A model generated the notes under the pieces. The model had not been told where the DNA came from. It saw only the letters and a list, made by a program, of their open reading frames with translations, and ran no database searches. The position numbers were made by a program, and so were the translations under genes. Positions 20,601 to 32,500 of a stretch of DNA of 64,000 bases are shown in pieces; position 1 is the first letter of the stretch, and each line of letters opens with the position of its first letter. The stretch lies in the IMG/VR virus record IMGVR_UViG_3300022594_000001. One strand, 5' to 3'. This DNA comes from a virus. Its lineage: Duplodnaviria; Caudoviricetes.

Positions 20601-23518
20601 ACCAAGCACAGGCAGGTAATACACAAACTATTACAATTGCATCAAACGATCAAAATACGTTTGCTAACTACAACGGTATGCGAGTTATTGTTACATCAGG
20701 TACTGGTGTTGGACAATATGGTTATGTAGCATATTACGACGCTGTTGGTAAAGTAGTGACTGTTGGTAGAGAAAGTATTACTGCATTACCATCTACTGCT
20801 ACTAACGGTACTAATAACACAATTCAAGTTAGTGACACATCACAATTCCAACCCGGACAGCCAATTGTTATTGTTCCAAACCAACAAACAACTACAGCTT
20901 ACAATACTGTGCATACTGTTGCTACAATGACTAGCGCATATATTTCTGGATTTACTCTTACTGTTGTAACAATGGGTGCTGGATCTATTGCAGTTGGTAT
21001 GGTATTAACTGGTGTCGGTGTAACTGCCGGAACATACATTACTGCAAATAACAGTGGCTCTGGATCAGGAAGTACTTGGACTGTTAGCTCTCAACAGACT
21101 GTAGGAAGCTCTGTTTCCCCTGTAACAATTACTGGTACTAACAATCTAGTAACATTAACTTCTAGTACAGGCATGTCAATTGGTGAACAAATTGTATTCA
21201 GCGGTACAACATTTGGCAACATTGTAAACGGTACAACATATTACATTAGTAATATTATCGGAAATCAAATTGCTGTTAGTGCAACATATCAAGGAAGCGT
21301 GTTTGCCGTTTCAAACGCAACTGGCTCTATGGGTGTAGTTGCTGGTGGTATGTTAGGCGGATTAAGCGCAGGAATTATATATTATGTTATTGCTAACAAC
21401 TACACTTCTAATTCTTTCTCTGTAAGTACATCATTAGGTGGCAGTGCTGCAACAATAACTACACAAACTTACGGTTCTAGCATGACAATTAATGCTATTG
21501 GTTGGGAACATGTTAATTCTGGAACACCAATAGTTTCGTTGCTAGATTCAACAAGCGTTTACTCAATTGAACCAGCTGTTAGATTTACATCACCAAATTA
21601 CACTGCTGTTAATGCGGTATTACCATCATCAGCAAATTGGGTCGGTATAGCATACGGCAAAGGCAAGTATGTTGCAATTAATTTAGCAGGTGGTGCAGCA
21701 ATATCAACTAATGGACAGAGTTGGACCGCAGGCGGATCATTGGGTGGCGCAAACTGGTCTAGTATTGCATATGGCAACAACTTATTTGTAGCAGTTAATT
21801 CTGGGTCTGGCATAGTTAGTACCTCTGCAGATGGGTTAACATGGACTTCGGGTACAACTGGAGGCGCTGGGTATACATCGGTCGCATGGGGTAACGGCAG
21901 ATTTATTGCTGTTGGCACAGGTACAGATGTAGCATATTCAAACGAAGGAACGAATTGGAGTCATTCAACAGTACCTAGTGGTTCATGGACTGATGCCGTT
22001 TATAGTAGCCTTGGAGTATGGGTAATTGTAGGTAGCAATAACAGTAGTACATCATTATATTCAACTGACTCGGGTGCTACATGGCAATCAAGTACGCTTC
22101 CGGCAACAGCAAACTGGTCTTCGGTGATTTGGGGTAATAGCAGATTTGTAGCAATTGCGTATGCTAGTGCAAATACAGCATATTCATTTGATGGCATTAA
22201 CTGGATTTCAAGCACATTGCCATCGACTGCAAACTGGTCATCTATCGAATACGGGCAAGGAATGTTCTTTGCAGTTGCATCGGGTACAAATACAGCAGCT
22301 TCATCTCAAGATGGATTATATTGGAAACCTAGAACGCTACCAACATCTACTACTTGGGGAAGCATTGCATTTGGTAATCCTAGTTCAAATCCTGGGTTTG
22401 TAGCAATTCCTAATATTAGTAATAATTTAGGTGCGTACATTATTGCCGGAGCAACAGCAAAAGGTAGAGCTTCAGTTGCAAGTAACAAAGTTACTTTAAT
22501 TAAAATATGGGAACCTGGAAGCGGGTATTCAACTTCAAGTTTACCTTCAGTGACAATAACTGATCCAAACCCAACATCTGCTGCCACTATTACTTGTCGT
22601 GTGGGTAATGGAGTATTAGGTAACCCAACATTCTTAAATCGTGGTACTGGTTATAGAACATCAACTACAAGCGTTGCAGTTACTACAGGCGACGGTTATG
22701 GTGACATTTACCAAAGCTCTAAATACTTAACAGTATCGGGCCTATCATCTTTACCAACACCGGGTGCTGCGTTAAACATTGCTAGCAATCCAAACCAGTA
22801 TAGAATTGTTGTTATTAATGATTTAGGTAATGGTACTGCACAATTTCAGGTAAGTCCACCATTAAGTATTGCACTAGCACCTGAGCACAGCACTATTGTT
22901 AGCATTCGACAAAAGTACAGCCAGTGTCGTATTACTGGACACGATTTCTTATTAATCGGAACAGGAAATCAAACAATTAGTAACTATCCTAACGTAGATG
23001 TTAACACAGCATTGTCATATCAGCAAATTGCTGAAAATAATGGCGGACGTGTTTTCCAAACAAGTACTGACCAAGATGGTAACTTTAAAGTTGGTAACTT
23101 ATTCGGGGTTCAACAAGCATCGGGTATTGTTACAATTAGTGCGGATCAATTAAGTTTAACTGGTTTACAAACCTTGTCACTTGGTGGATTTAGTTTAGGT
23201 ACAAATACTATCACTATTACTCAATTTAGTACAGACTCGTACTTTACAGCAAACAGCGACAGCGTAGTTCCAACACAGAAAGCGATTAAATCTTATATTG
23301 CTAGAAATATTGCAGGTGGTGGTGCAAACGCACAAGCTGGTGCAGTTGTTGCAGGTACATTTGGTGTAGGTGGACCAAATAAGATTTACTCATCTACACA
23401 AACACAGTTGTTTGTTAAGAACTCAATGAATATTAAGTATTCAGGCGGAAAAGGCGGTATCAACGGCACTATGCTTGCTAAGAGCTTCTTTGGACACGGA
23501 TTTAGCCCTAAAGGCTAA
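17648..23518 (+). CDS. Giant fibre/appendage protein: CBM5/12-like W-rich repeats, beta-helix motif and propeller-like repeats
   Basis: N-terminal repeats W...T.Y...D.V.Y.G..Y.C...HTS (about 17680-18960), a YVAPTGTD...IKTGTYSE...GDELR motif, and W.S(I/V)A(Y/W)G.G.F(V/I)AV repeats (about 21620-22400). Paralog of 23579. Confidence 0.75.
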   Translation: MAEFKIPRIRFTWKGDWATSTAYTKDDIVRYHGKSYVCLVGHTASADFNTDLDFIDVTTQPDTPAPKWVLWFDGYEWRNQWTPNTLYNMGDYIQYDSIIYICTNSHTSSATLLTGIEPDLVNWTVYARTENWTKNWTVGTRYRLNDVVRYGGTLYRCNTGHVSAATVTLGLEANTSFWDVLLYAYDWSTDWTVSTRYKLGDVVRYGGIIYKCTQGHTSAATATIGIDPDISKWTIVHNGIDYKFAWTSSFRYKLNDIVKYGADLYICSTAHTSSTTFSTTNFTIWLPALEFANSWSSVVSYVKGDIVTYGGYQYTSNSTNNLNNVPSTDTTNWTLLVKNYNIRNEWDVTANYRTGDLVRRDGYLYVAILDSQAQETTNITYWTLVNPGMQWRGPWNKSNTYVIGDVVTFYSTSYICTSKVNSVSSPDNDPAHWTIYIRGDQFETLQYQGDIQTYDNKQWAAVSIGSEGNLLKVSSNGQSMLPVPAWNDWGVIGNVYYVAPTGTDTVTYGKTVTTPWRTVKYACTQVSGPATIFIKTGTYSESLPISIPAGVALVGDELRGAVIQPARVINAVATSSSSTTNTIIVNTTIGMQANDAIQIVVPTITATVLSTSSIGNKVFLSNTIGMYSGMPIIFSGNSVGNLTANTTYYIVAYDSVTAYITISLTVGGSVVTQQTAQGSMGVTAGAFAGLTSGQTYYIIGSSITPTSFQISLTSGGTTPAPLADSSNQTAAVYGADGIKDMFYVRNGCGIRNMTLRGLTGGLSAANVYGTKRPTAGSYVSLDPGSGPGDSSVWITTKSPYVQNVTTFGQGCTGLKIDGSLHNNGNRSIVANDFTQILSDGIGAWCTGHNALTELVSVFSYYGHCGYLAEAGGKIRATNGNTSYGSYGCVAEGFDSTEVPLNGTVNNRNQQAQIAAAFIGEATNKILKLEFSNAGQGYTGATYTFSGAGQSANAVQDEFRDGGIFEGRITGTDYSAGGLGYITAGNQAQAGNTQTITIASNDQNTFANYNGMRVIVTSGTGVGQYGYVAYYDAVGKVVTVGRESITALPSTATNGTNNTIQVSDTSQFQPGQPIVIVPNQQTTTAYNTVHTVATMTSAYISGFTLTVVTMGAGSIAVGMVLTGVGVTAGTYITANNSGSGSGSTWTVSSQQTVGSSVSPVTITGTNNLVTLTSSTGMSIGEQIVFSGTTFGNIVNGTTYYISNIIGNQIAVSATYQGSVFAVSNATGSMGVVAGGMLGGLSAGIIYYVIANNYTSNSFSVSTSLGGSAATITTQTYGSSMTINAIGWEHVNSGTPIVSLLDSTSVYSIEPAVRFTSPNYTAVNAVLPSSANWVGIAYGKGKYVAINLAGGAAISTNGQSWTAGGSLGGANWSSIAYGNNLFVAVNSGSGIVSTSADGLTWTSGTTGGAGYTSVAWGNGRFIAVGTGTDVAYSNEGTNWSHSTVPSGSWTDAVYSSLGVWVIVGSNNSSTSLYSTDSGATWQSSTLPATANWSSVIWGNSRFVAIAYASANTAYSFDGINWISSTLPSTANWSSIEYGQGMFFAVASGTNTAASSQDGLYWKPRTLPTSTTWGSIAFGNPSSNPGFVAIPNISNNLGAYIIAGATAKGRASVASNKVTLIKIWEPGSGYSTSSLPSVTITDPNPTSAATITCRVGNGVLGNPTFLNRGTGYRTSTTSVAVTTGDGYGDIYQSSKYLTVSGLSSLPTPGAALNIASNPNQYRIVVINDLGNGTAQFQVSPPLSIALAPEHSTIVSIRQKYSQCRITGHDFLLIGTGNQTISNYPNVDVNTALSYQQIAENNGGRVFQTSTDQDGNFKVGNLFGVQQASGIVTISADQLSLTGLQTLSLGGFSLGTNTITITQFSTDSYFTANSDSVVPTQKAIKSYIARNIAGGGANAQAGAVVAGTFGVGGPNKIYSSTQTQLFVKNSMNIKYSGGKGGINGTMLAKSFFGHGFSPKG

Positions 23519-23578
23519 AAGTAAAAATGCATTTTTTCGAAATGAATAAATACAATATAATGAATATCGGAGCATTGA

Positions 23579-26500
23579 ATGGCTGAATTTAAACTAGGTA
23601 GAATCCGCTTTATTTGGAAAAATAACTGGTCTACAGGCGTAACATACTTAAAAGACGACATCGTAAGATACGGTGGAAAAACATACCTTTGTGTTGTTGG
23701 ACACACCGCAGATGCTGACTTTTATAATGACTTGGACAATGTTCCAACACGTTGGAATCAAGTATCCGACGGGTCCGAATGGAAAGACAATTGGACTACA
23801 AACCACTACTACAAAGTTAACGACTTAGTAAAGTATGGCGGAAGATTATACTTATGTAATACTGGACACACTAGTAATGCATCAGCTGATTCGAGTACAA
23901 GCCCTGATATAACTGCTGGATTAGAAGCAGATCAATCTAAGTGGGATTTATATGCCACTAGCTTTGATTGGAAAGGTAATTGGACTACTGGTACACGCTA
24001 CAAAGTAGACGATGTGGTTCGCTACGGCGGCATTTCATATGTATGTAACACCGGACACCACTCCGCATCAACTGCTAATACTGACAGTGATGGTTTAGAA
24101 GCAGACTTATCTAAATGGGATACATACGCTAAAGGATTTGATTGGATTGGAAACTGGAGTCCAAATTATCGTTACAAACAAAATGACGTTGTTCTATACG
24201 GTGGTACAACATATGTATGTAATACTGGACACCAATCAGCAGCTACAAATGCCCTTGGATTAGAAGCCGATCAAGGATTATGGGATTACTTCCATAAAGG
24301 TATTGTATTTTTAGGTAACTGGACTACTGGTACACGCTACAAAGTAAACGACATTGTAAAGCAAGGTTCGGACCTATGGATTTGCGTTACAAATCATACA
24401 AGCTCAGTATTCTTAACAGATCAGGCTAACTGGTCACTATTTGTTAACGGATTGGAATTTGAGAACAGTTGGAGTAACTCAACAACATATCAACCAGGCG
24501 ACATTGTTAGTTACGGTGGTTATGCATATGTTGCGGTAACAAATAACTTAAACAAAACTCCTACATCTAATCTAAGCGATTGGAATTTATTTACAACTGG
24601 TTTTAGCTTCCAAGGCGATTGGGCGTTATCTACTAGCTATCTAGTAGGACACGTAGTTCGACTAAACGGTTACACATATGTTTCATTATTAGATCATACT
24701 GCTGACTCAGTTAATTTACCCCCAAATCAAACATACTGGTCTCGTTTAAACAGTGGCGTTAAATGGGCTGCAACTGCTCAAACATTTACTAACGTAAGTG
24801 GTACTAATGTTATCGGTTCTGGTACTGGCGCTACATTTGACGTTACCTTAACAAATACAAAATACTCAGCAGTAGTACACACTGGATCAGCAGGATCTGG
24901 TTATGCTACTAATGACACTATTAAAATTTTAGGATCTTCATTAGGCGGTGTAACACCTGCTAACGATTTAATATTAACTGTAACAGCAAGTGGCGGTGCA
25001 GTTCAAACCGTTGTGTCAACAGGCTTTTCAGTAACATGGGCATCTGGTACTAGTTATGTTTTAGGCGACTCTGTTGCAATGGGTGTAAACAGCTATATTT
25101 GTATCCTTGCACACGTTGGTAGTTCAGGAAATCGTCCAGATAATGATACAACAGGTACATACTGGAACTTAATTTCAACCGGATCTATTTCAGCAATCTT
25201 AACCACACAGGGTGATACAATTTATTACGGTGGTGCTGGTCCAACACGTTTACCAATCGGTACAGACGGGCAAGTATTACGTGTAACAAATAACACACCA
25301 GCATGGTCTTATTTTGGTGTTGTTAACAACGTTGTATATGTTGCTAACTCTGGTACAGACATATCTGGTAATGGTCAAGGTTTGACTATTGATAAACCTT
25401 GGAAAACTGTACGTTATGCAGCAAAACAAATTGAAGACGGATATTTGAATCCTAATGCTGCTTCATTATTAGCTAAGAACAAACAGTTTATTGTTAAGGA
25501 ACTTAATAATTATGTACAAAATACATTTAAGTGTACAGTAAGTTCTGCATCTACTACATTATTCACATGTGATTCTACAGCAGGATTATATGTAGGTATG
25601 CCGATTAGTTTTACTGGTACAGTAGGCGGTGTAGCATCTGGTACAACTTACTATGTATTTGATATCCCGGGCGGAACTACTTTTGGTATTTCAAACACAT
25701 ACGGCGGTGGACGCAGAGGGCTTTCAACAGCTACTGGTTCTATGACAGGTAGCTATGTGTATGATCAAACAAGAACAGAACGTGATTCTGGTATTATTTT
25801 AGACGCATTGGTGTATGATATTAGTCATAGTGGCACATATCAAACAACACAAGCAGCATTAGCTTACTTTACTTCATCTGGTAGCTCATATGTTTCTGGT
25901 GTGTATGCGTATGATATTGGAGCATTTGTTAATACATTAAATTACATGAAAGTATTAACAGCTAACATTATTAATAACCAGCCTCCTGCAACTAACTACC
26001 AATCATCTAACGGTGTGTTACTTGCTAACCAAGCAATTCAAAATATTGATTATTCATTAACTACTGAATCAGGAGTTGCAACAACAATTTCTGCACTAGT
26101 TTCAATTATAACAACTGGATTATCGGCTGGTACAACTAGTGCTATTCCAGCAGTTATTAACCCAGGCACAACAATTTCAGTTAAGACAGGTACTTATAGT
26201 GAAATCCTCCCAATTGTTGTACCACGTAACACAGCCGTTGTTGGTGACGAATTGCGTTCAAGCGTTATTCAACCAGCTACTGCTAATATAAATTTAACTA
26301 ACGATAAACCAAAAACAATTAGTGTATTGACTAGAATGAAATCTATCATTCCTACATTGTTAACAAATGGAACTGTTACACCAACAAGTGGTAACACAAC
26401 TGCGCAAGCATATGTAAATGGTTTTTCAGGAAGCACAACAGCAGTATCTCGTATTAGTGCTAACAGTACAGTAATTGATACTATTCTTTCCGGTGGATTG

Positions 26501-29500
26501 GGATCAGTACCTTCATTTACATTAACAACGCCAACTGGCGGTACAGGTAATGCCTATACAGCAGGATACGCTAATGCTGCCCGTTTAGTTTATGCTAATA
26601 AGTCATTCTTGCAAGCTGAAGTAACAGCATACATGGCTCTTAACTATAGTTCATTGTGGTCTAGCTTAGGAGCTGGCGGTCAAGCTAACTGTACACGTGA
26701 TATCGGCTACCAAGTTGATGCACTACGTTACGACTTAACATACGGCGGTAACTTAGAAACAGTTGTTACAGCACGTTCATACTACAGCAACGGCACATTT
26801 GTTGAAGCAAGTAATGAAAAGACAGCAGCTTTAGCAGTACAAACAAGATTACAAGCAATTATTTCTAACATTGCTCAAGGTATTGCAATTACTCGTACAT
26901 CAGGTAACGTTGCTACTCAAGACGTTAGTGGTACAGGTGGCTCATCAGCTGCTGGTACACAAGCAGTTAACCGTGTTCAAGAAGTTTACAATACAATTAA
27001 TACTGGTTTAACACCGACTACTATTGTTCCTGATACAAGTTGGGTTTCGAGTGATTTGTTAGCTGCATTTAATCAAATTCAAGCAACAAAGTCATTAATA
27101 CAAGCTGGTGCAATTGCAGCTATTAATAAACAATACCCAACATTAGTTTACAATACTTCAACATGTTCGCGTGACGTTGGATACATTATTGATGCATTGT
27201 GCTATGACTTTATGTTTAACAGCAACTTCCGTAGTGCTAAAGCAGCAATGGCTTACTACAGAGCAACAAGTTCTGCACAGATTGTAATTAACAATCAGTT
27301 ATCACAGACTCGTTATACAAACTCATACATTAGCACAGCATTACAGCATTTAGCTACTGGAACAGTTGGCGACACAGGAAGCACAGCAGCAATTAGTTCT
27401 ATCCTAACTAATGCAGCAACTATGACACGTATTTTAAATACCGGTCTAAGTTCATTACCTACATTTACATTTACTAACCCAACTGGCTACAACGTAGGGT
27501 TCTTAACTGGTTACGGTGATGGTAAAGCACAGATTGTACAAAACTATCAGTTTATTAAAGACGAAATCAGTGCATATTTAAACACAAACTACAATTCAGT
27601 TTGGACTGCACTAGGAGCTGGTGGACAGGCTAACTGTCAACGTGACGTTGGATATCTATTAGATGCGTTGCAATACGATATGACGTACGGTGGCAACACC
27701 CAGACATTAATTGCAGGTAGTGCATATTTCTCATACGGTACATTGGCTATTGCAAGTACAGAAAAGACAGCTACTATAAACGCATACGGAAGATTACAAA
27801 CTGTTATCAATTACATTGTAACAGCAAATACAAGTTGGACAAAATCAACTGGCAACGTTACTTCACAGGTAACTACAGGTACGGCAGGCAGCGCCGGAGC
27901 AAGTACATTTGCTCAAGCTCGTATAGGTGATATTGTAAGCTGGATTACAAACGGTACAGCGCCATCAACTGTTTCACCAACAGCAGCAATAGCATTGGCA
28001 AGTACTGCACTGCAAAACGGTTATAACGCATTGCAAACTTATAAAACTGAAATCCAAGGCGACACCGTTGGTTGGGTAAACAAGTTCTATCAATCAATGA
28101 ACTTTACATCTGCAACATGTTACCGTGATGCAGGATATATTGTTGATGCATTAGCATACGACTTAGTATTTGGTACAAACTTTAATTCGATTAAAGCCGG
28201 TATGGCATACTACAGAGCAACAACAAGTGCTCAGTATGTAATTGCAAATCAATTAGCAGCAGAAATTGGTTCAATTAATTTCATTGCACAAAAAGCTAAG
28301 AGAATTGCAGCATACGGATCTGCCGCTCAGATTACTACAACTATTGATGATATTATTTTATCAATTGCAGGTGTAGTAACTCCGACAGCAACAGCTACTG
28401 CGGTAGGTGGTAATATTACAGTTTCTAGTACATCTGGATTATATGTCGGTATGTCAGTTGTTGCAAGTGCGGCACTTGGTGGCATTGCTAATGGATTTAC
28501 CTACTGGGTCAGCTCGATTGTTGATAGTGTAACAATTCAAATTACAAATACATACGGAAGCGCAACTCCGATTACTTTATCAAATGCCACAGGTAGCATT
28601 ATATTAACAATCGGTGGATTATATGAATCATGCGGTACAAACGTATATAACAACGTATTGTCCACAATTAACGGCGCCGAAATTTTACGTGCTAACAAGG
28701 CGTTCTTATCAAATGAAGCAACTGCTTGGGTAACACAAAGCTACGGTGGAACAGCAACTGCAACTACTGCATCTAATGGACGCATTACTACAGGTTCTGC
28801 ACACAATTTAACAGTTGGGGACCCTGTTGTATTTACAGGTACCACATTTGGTGGTGTATCAGTTAATACAACTTATTATGTTTTAACAACACCAACTACA
28901 ACGGCATTTACTATTACAACAACTCAAGGCTCATCTACACCTGTAGCATTATCTGATGCAACTGGCACAATGACAGTTCGTTATAGTTTTAGCACTTCAC
29001 TATGTCAGCGTGACATGAGTACTTACGTTGACGCACTAATTTATGATGTATGCTACTTAGGTAACTACAAGTCATTAAGAGCTGCAACATTATATAAAAA
29101 CGCCGTTAACGGTTCATTATTATCAGACATGTTCTACTTACGTAACGGAACTGGTGTACGTAACATGACATTAAGTGGTTTAACTGGAACACTAACTACT
29201 GCTAACAGTTATGGAACCAAACGTCCAACTGCTGGTGCATATACATCGTTGGACCCAGGATTTGGACCAACCGACAGCAACGTGTGGATTACACCACGTT
29301 CTCCATATGTACAAAACGTTACAACATTTGGTACAGCTTGCGTTGGATGTAAGATTGACGGAGCATTACACGTAGGTGGTAACCGTTCTATCGTTTCAAA
29401 CGACTTTACACAAGTTCTAAGTGACGGTATCGGTGTATGGTGTACTGGGCATAATGCGTTAACAGAGCTTGTTTCAGTGTTCTCATACTACAATTATGCA

Positions 29501-32500
29501 GGTTACTTGGCAGAATTAGGTGGTAAGATCCGTGCTACTAACGGTAACAACTCATACGGAACATACGGTTCATTAGCCGAAGGTGTTGATACTTATGAAG
29601 CACCGGTAACAGCTACAATTAATAACCGCTATTACCAAGCACAGATTACAAACGTTGTTACAAACGGTACAGATAATATCTACAGACTTGAATTCCAAAA
29701 CGCAGGCTCTGGATACAATACTGCTACTTACTCATTGAGCGGTACTGGTTACAACGCAATTATTGATAAACCAGAATTCCGTGACGGTGCTGTATACGAA
29801 ACTCGTTTAACAGCAAACGGTGCTAACTATGTGTCTATTTCAAACGTAGCACAGGGCGGCAATGCAACAAGCATTACAATTGCTGCAACTGACCAAGCAA
29901 TTAGTGCTGCTTATATTGGTATGAGAGTTTTGATTACTTCAGGTACAGGCGTTGGACAAACTGGTTACTTCTTAACATACAACTCAGGTACAAAAGCAGG
30001 TACAGTTGCTAAAGAAAGTTTTAATACAATAAACGTAACAGCAGCTGGATCTAACTTGTTAACTGTAGCAAACACTGCTACATTGTATGCTAACATGCCG
30101 ATTCAATTTACTGGATCAATCCTAACAGGTTGCACATTAACAACAGGCACAACATATTATGTAATTGGATCGACTATTACGTCAACACAATTTAGCGTTG
30201 CTGCTGGTTCAGGCGGAACAACTCCGCTAAGTGTTGGTACTAGTTCAGGCGGTGGCCCGATGACTATCAACGCTGTTGGTTGGGATCATATGATTACTGG
30301 TACATCTGTTGTTGCTAATTTAGACTTAACAACAGCGTACATTATTGAACCAAGATTAGTATACGCTAGCCCTTCATTCTCAGCAACCGCTGGTACTATT
30401 ACTAGTGCGGCATATTCTGATATGGTTTACGGCGACACTATTGCTACATACAACGGTTCAGGTTCAGCAGGTGTAGCACACACAGGCGGTTCAGGTAGCA
30501 ATGCAACATTTACAGTTGTTAGATCAGGTGTTGCTTACACAGTCACTGGTAACGTTGCTGGTACTAACTACAAATATGGCGACACTTTAACTATTGCTGG
30601 AACATTGTTAGGCGGAACAAGCCCTGCAAACGATATAACTATCACAGTTAATAACGTTAATGCAAGCACAGGCGCAGTACAAAACTTTACATACACTGGT
30701 ACTGGTGTAGGTGGTTATTTTGTAACAGTAACTGGTGGCAGTACAGCTACACAAATTAGTTCTAATGGTACTACATTTGCAGCGGGTGGTGTATTGACAT
30801 CAAGTACGCTTTGGAATTCAGTAGCATATGGTAACGGACGTTGGGTTACAATTAGTAACTTAAACGGTATATCTAATTTCACTACAGATCCTACCGCAGC
30901 ATGGACACTTGGAGGAACCCTTCCAACAACATCAGCTGGTTGGCAAGCTATTTGCTACGGAAACGGTGCATTTATGGCTATACAGACTGGTAGCACAAAT
31001 GCAGCATATTCGACAAATGGTGTAACATGGTACGCAACTTCAGCACTACCAGCAAATACAGCATGGACTGGTGTTGCTTATGGTAACGGTGTTTATGTTG
31101 CAGTAGCAAGTGGTGGCACACAGGCTGCAATTAGTACAGATGGACTTTCATGGACTAGCAAAACATTGCCAACAACTGCAAACTGGTCAAGTGTAACATT
31201 TGGTAAAGGTGTGTTTGTAGCAGTTGCAACTGGTAGCGCAATTACTGCTTACAGTAAAGACGGTATTACTTGGGTACAATCAGTTCCTGGTATGCCAACA
31301 AGTTCAACATGGTCTAAAGTACGCTACGGAAACGGTGTTTTTGCAGCAATTACATCTGGATCAGGAAACGTACTAGCAAGCTCAGAAAACGGTAAAGATT
31401 GGACAGCGAAAACCCTAGCAACTACACAAGCATGGGCAGCAATTGCATACGGCAATCCAAGCTCAACACCATTATGGGTATGTATGGGTACTTCTACTAC
31501 AGTATCGAACTACTTAACATTAGGTTGTACTGCACAAGCTCGTGCTAAGGTAACTAACGGTGCAATTAGTGAAATTAGAATGGTAGAACCTGGATCAGGA
31601 TACACTTCTATACCGTCACTATCGATTGTTGATCCTAACACAACACAGTCTGCTACTATTGGAATTAGAACTGGTGTTGGCGCATTAGCTAACCCAACAT
31701 TTAGCAACAGAGGTTTACAATACGCAACGGCAACTGCTACAGTTTTGGGTAACGGTTATGCAGATATGTATCAAGCAGGTTACTACGTGAACGTAGCTGG
31801 ATTATTGTCGCAGCCAACAGCTGGATCAAACATCCAAATTGCACTAAACGGTAACTATTATAAACTTGTACAAGTAAGCAATTACTTAGGAACACAAGGA
31901 AACAGCCAAGGTGGATCTAGTCCATATACAGCAAGATTCCAAATTAGTCCTGCGTTAACAGCTTCAAATGCTCCTGCGCACAGTACAGCAGTAACAATGC
32001 GTATTAAGTATTCACAAGTTCGTTTAACAGGACATGACTTCTTAAGTATTGGTACTGGTGGTACAGCAACAACTAATTACCCAAATACCCCAACACAGTT
32101 ACCTGATGTAACTAAACAAACTGTTGGTAACGGCGGCGGACGTGTATTCTACACAGCTACTGACCAGGACGGTAACTTTACAGTTGGTACACTATTCAGC
32201 GTTCAACAAGCAACTGGTGTTGCAAGTATTAATGCTGATGCGTTTAACTTAGCTGGTTTGAACTCACTAACATTGGGTTCAGTAGCTTTAGGTGGAACTG
32301 GTGCAACAATTACTAGCTTCTCAACAGATCAATATTTCACTGCTAACAGTGATAATATTGTTCCAACACAGAAGGCGATTAAAGCATACATTGCTAGCCA
32401 AATTGGTGGCGGATCTAGTGCTTTGAACGTAAATACACTAACTGCTGGTGTTATCTATATTGCAGGTAATAGTATTAGTACTACTACTGGCGTACAGATT

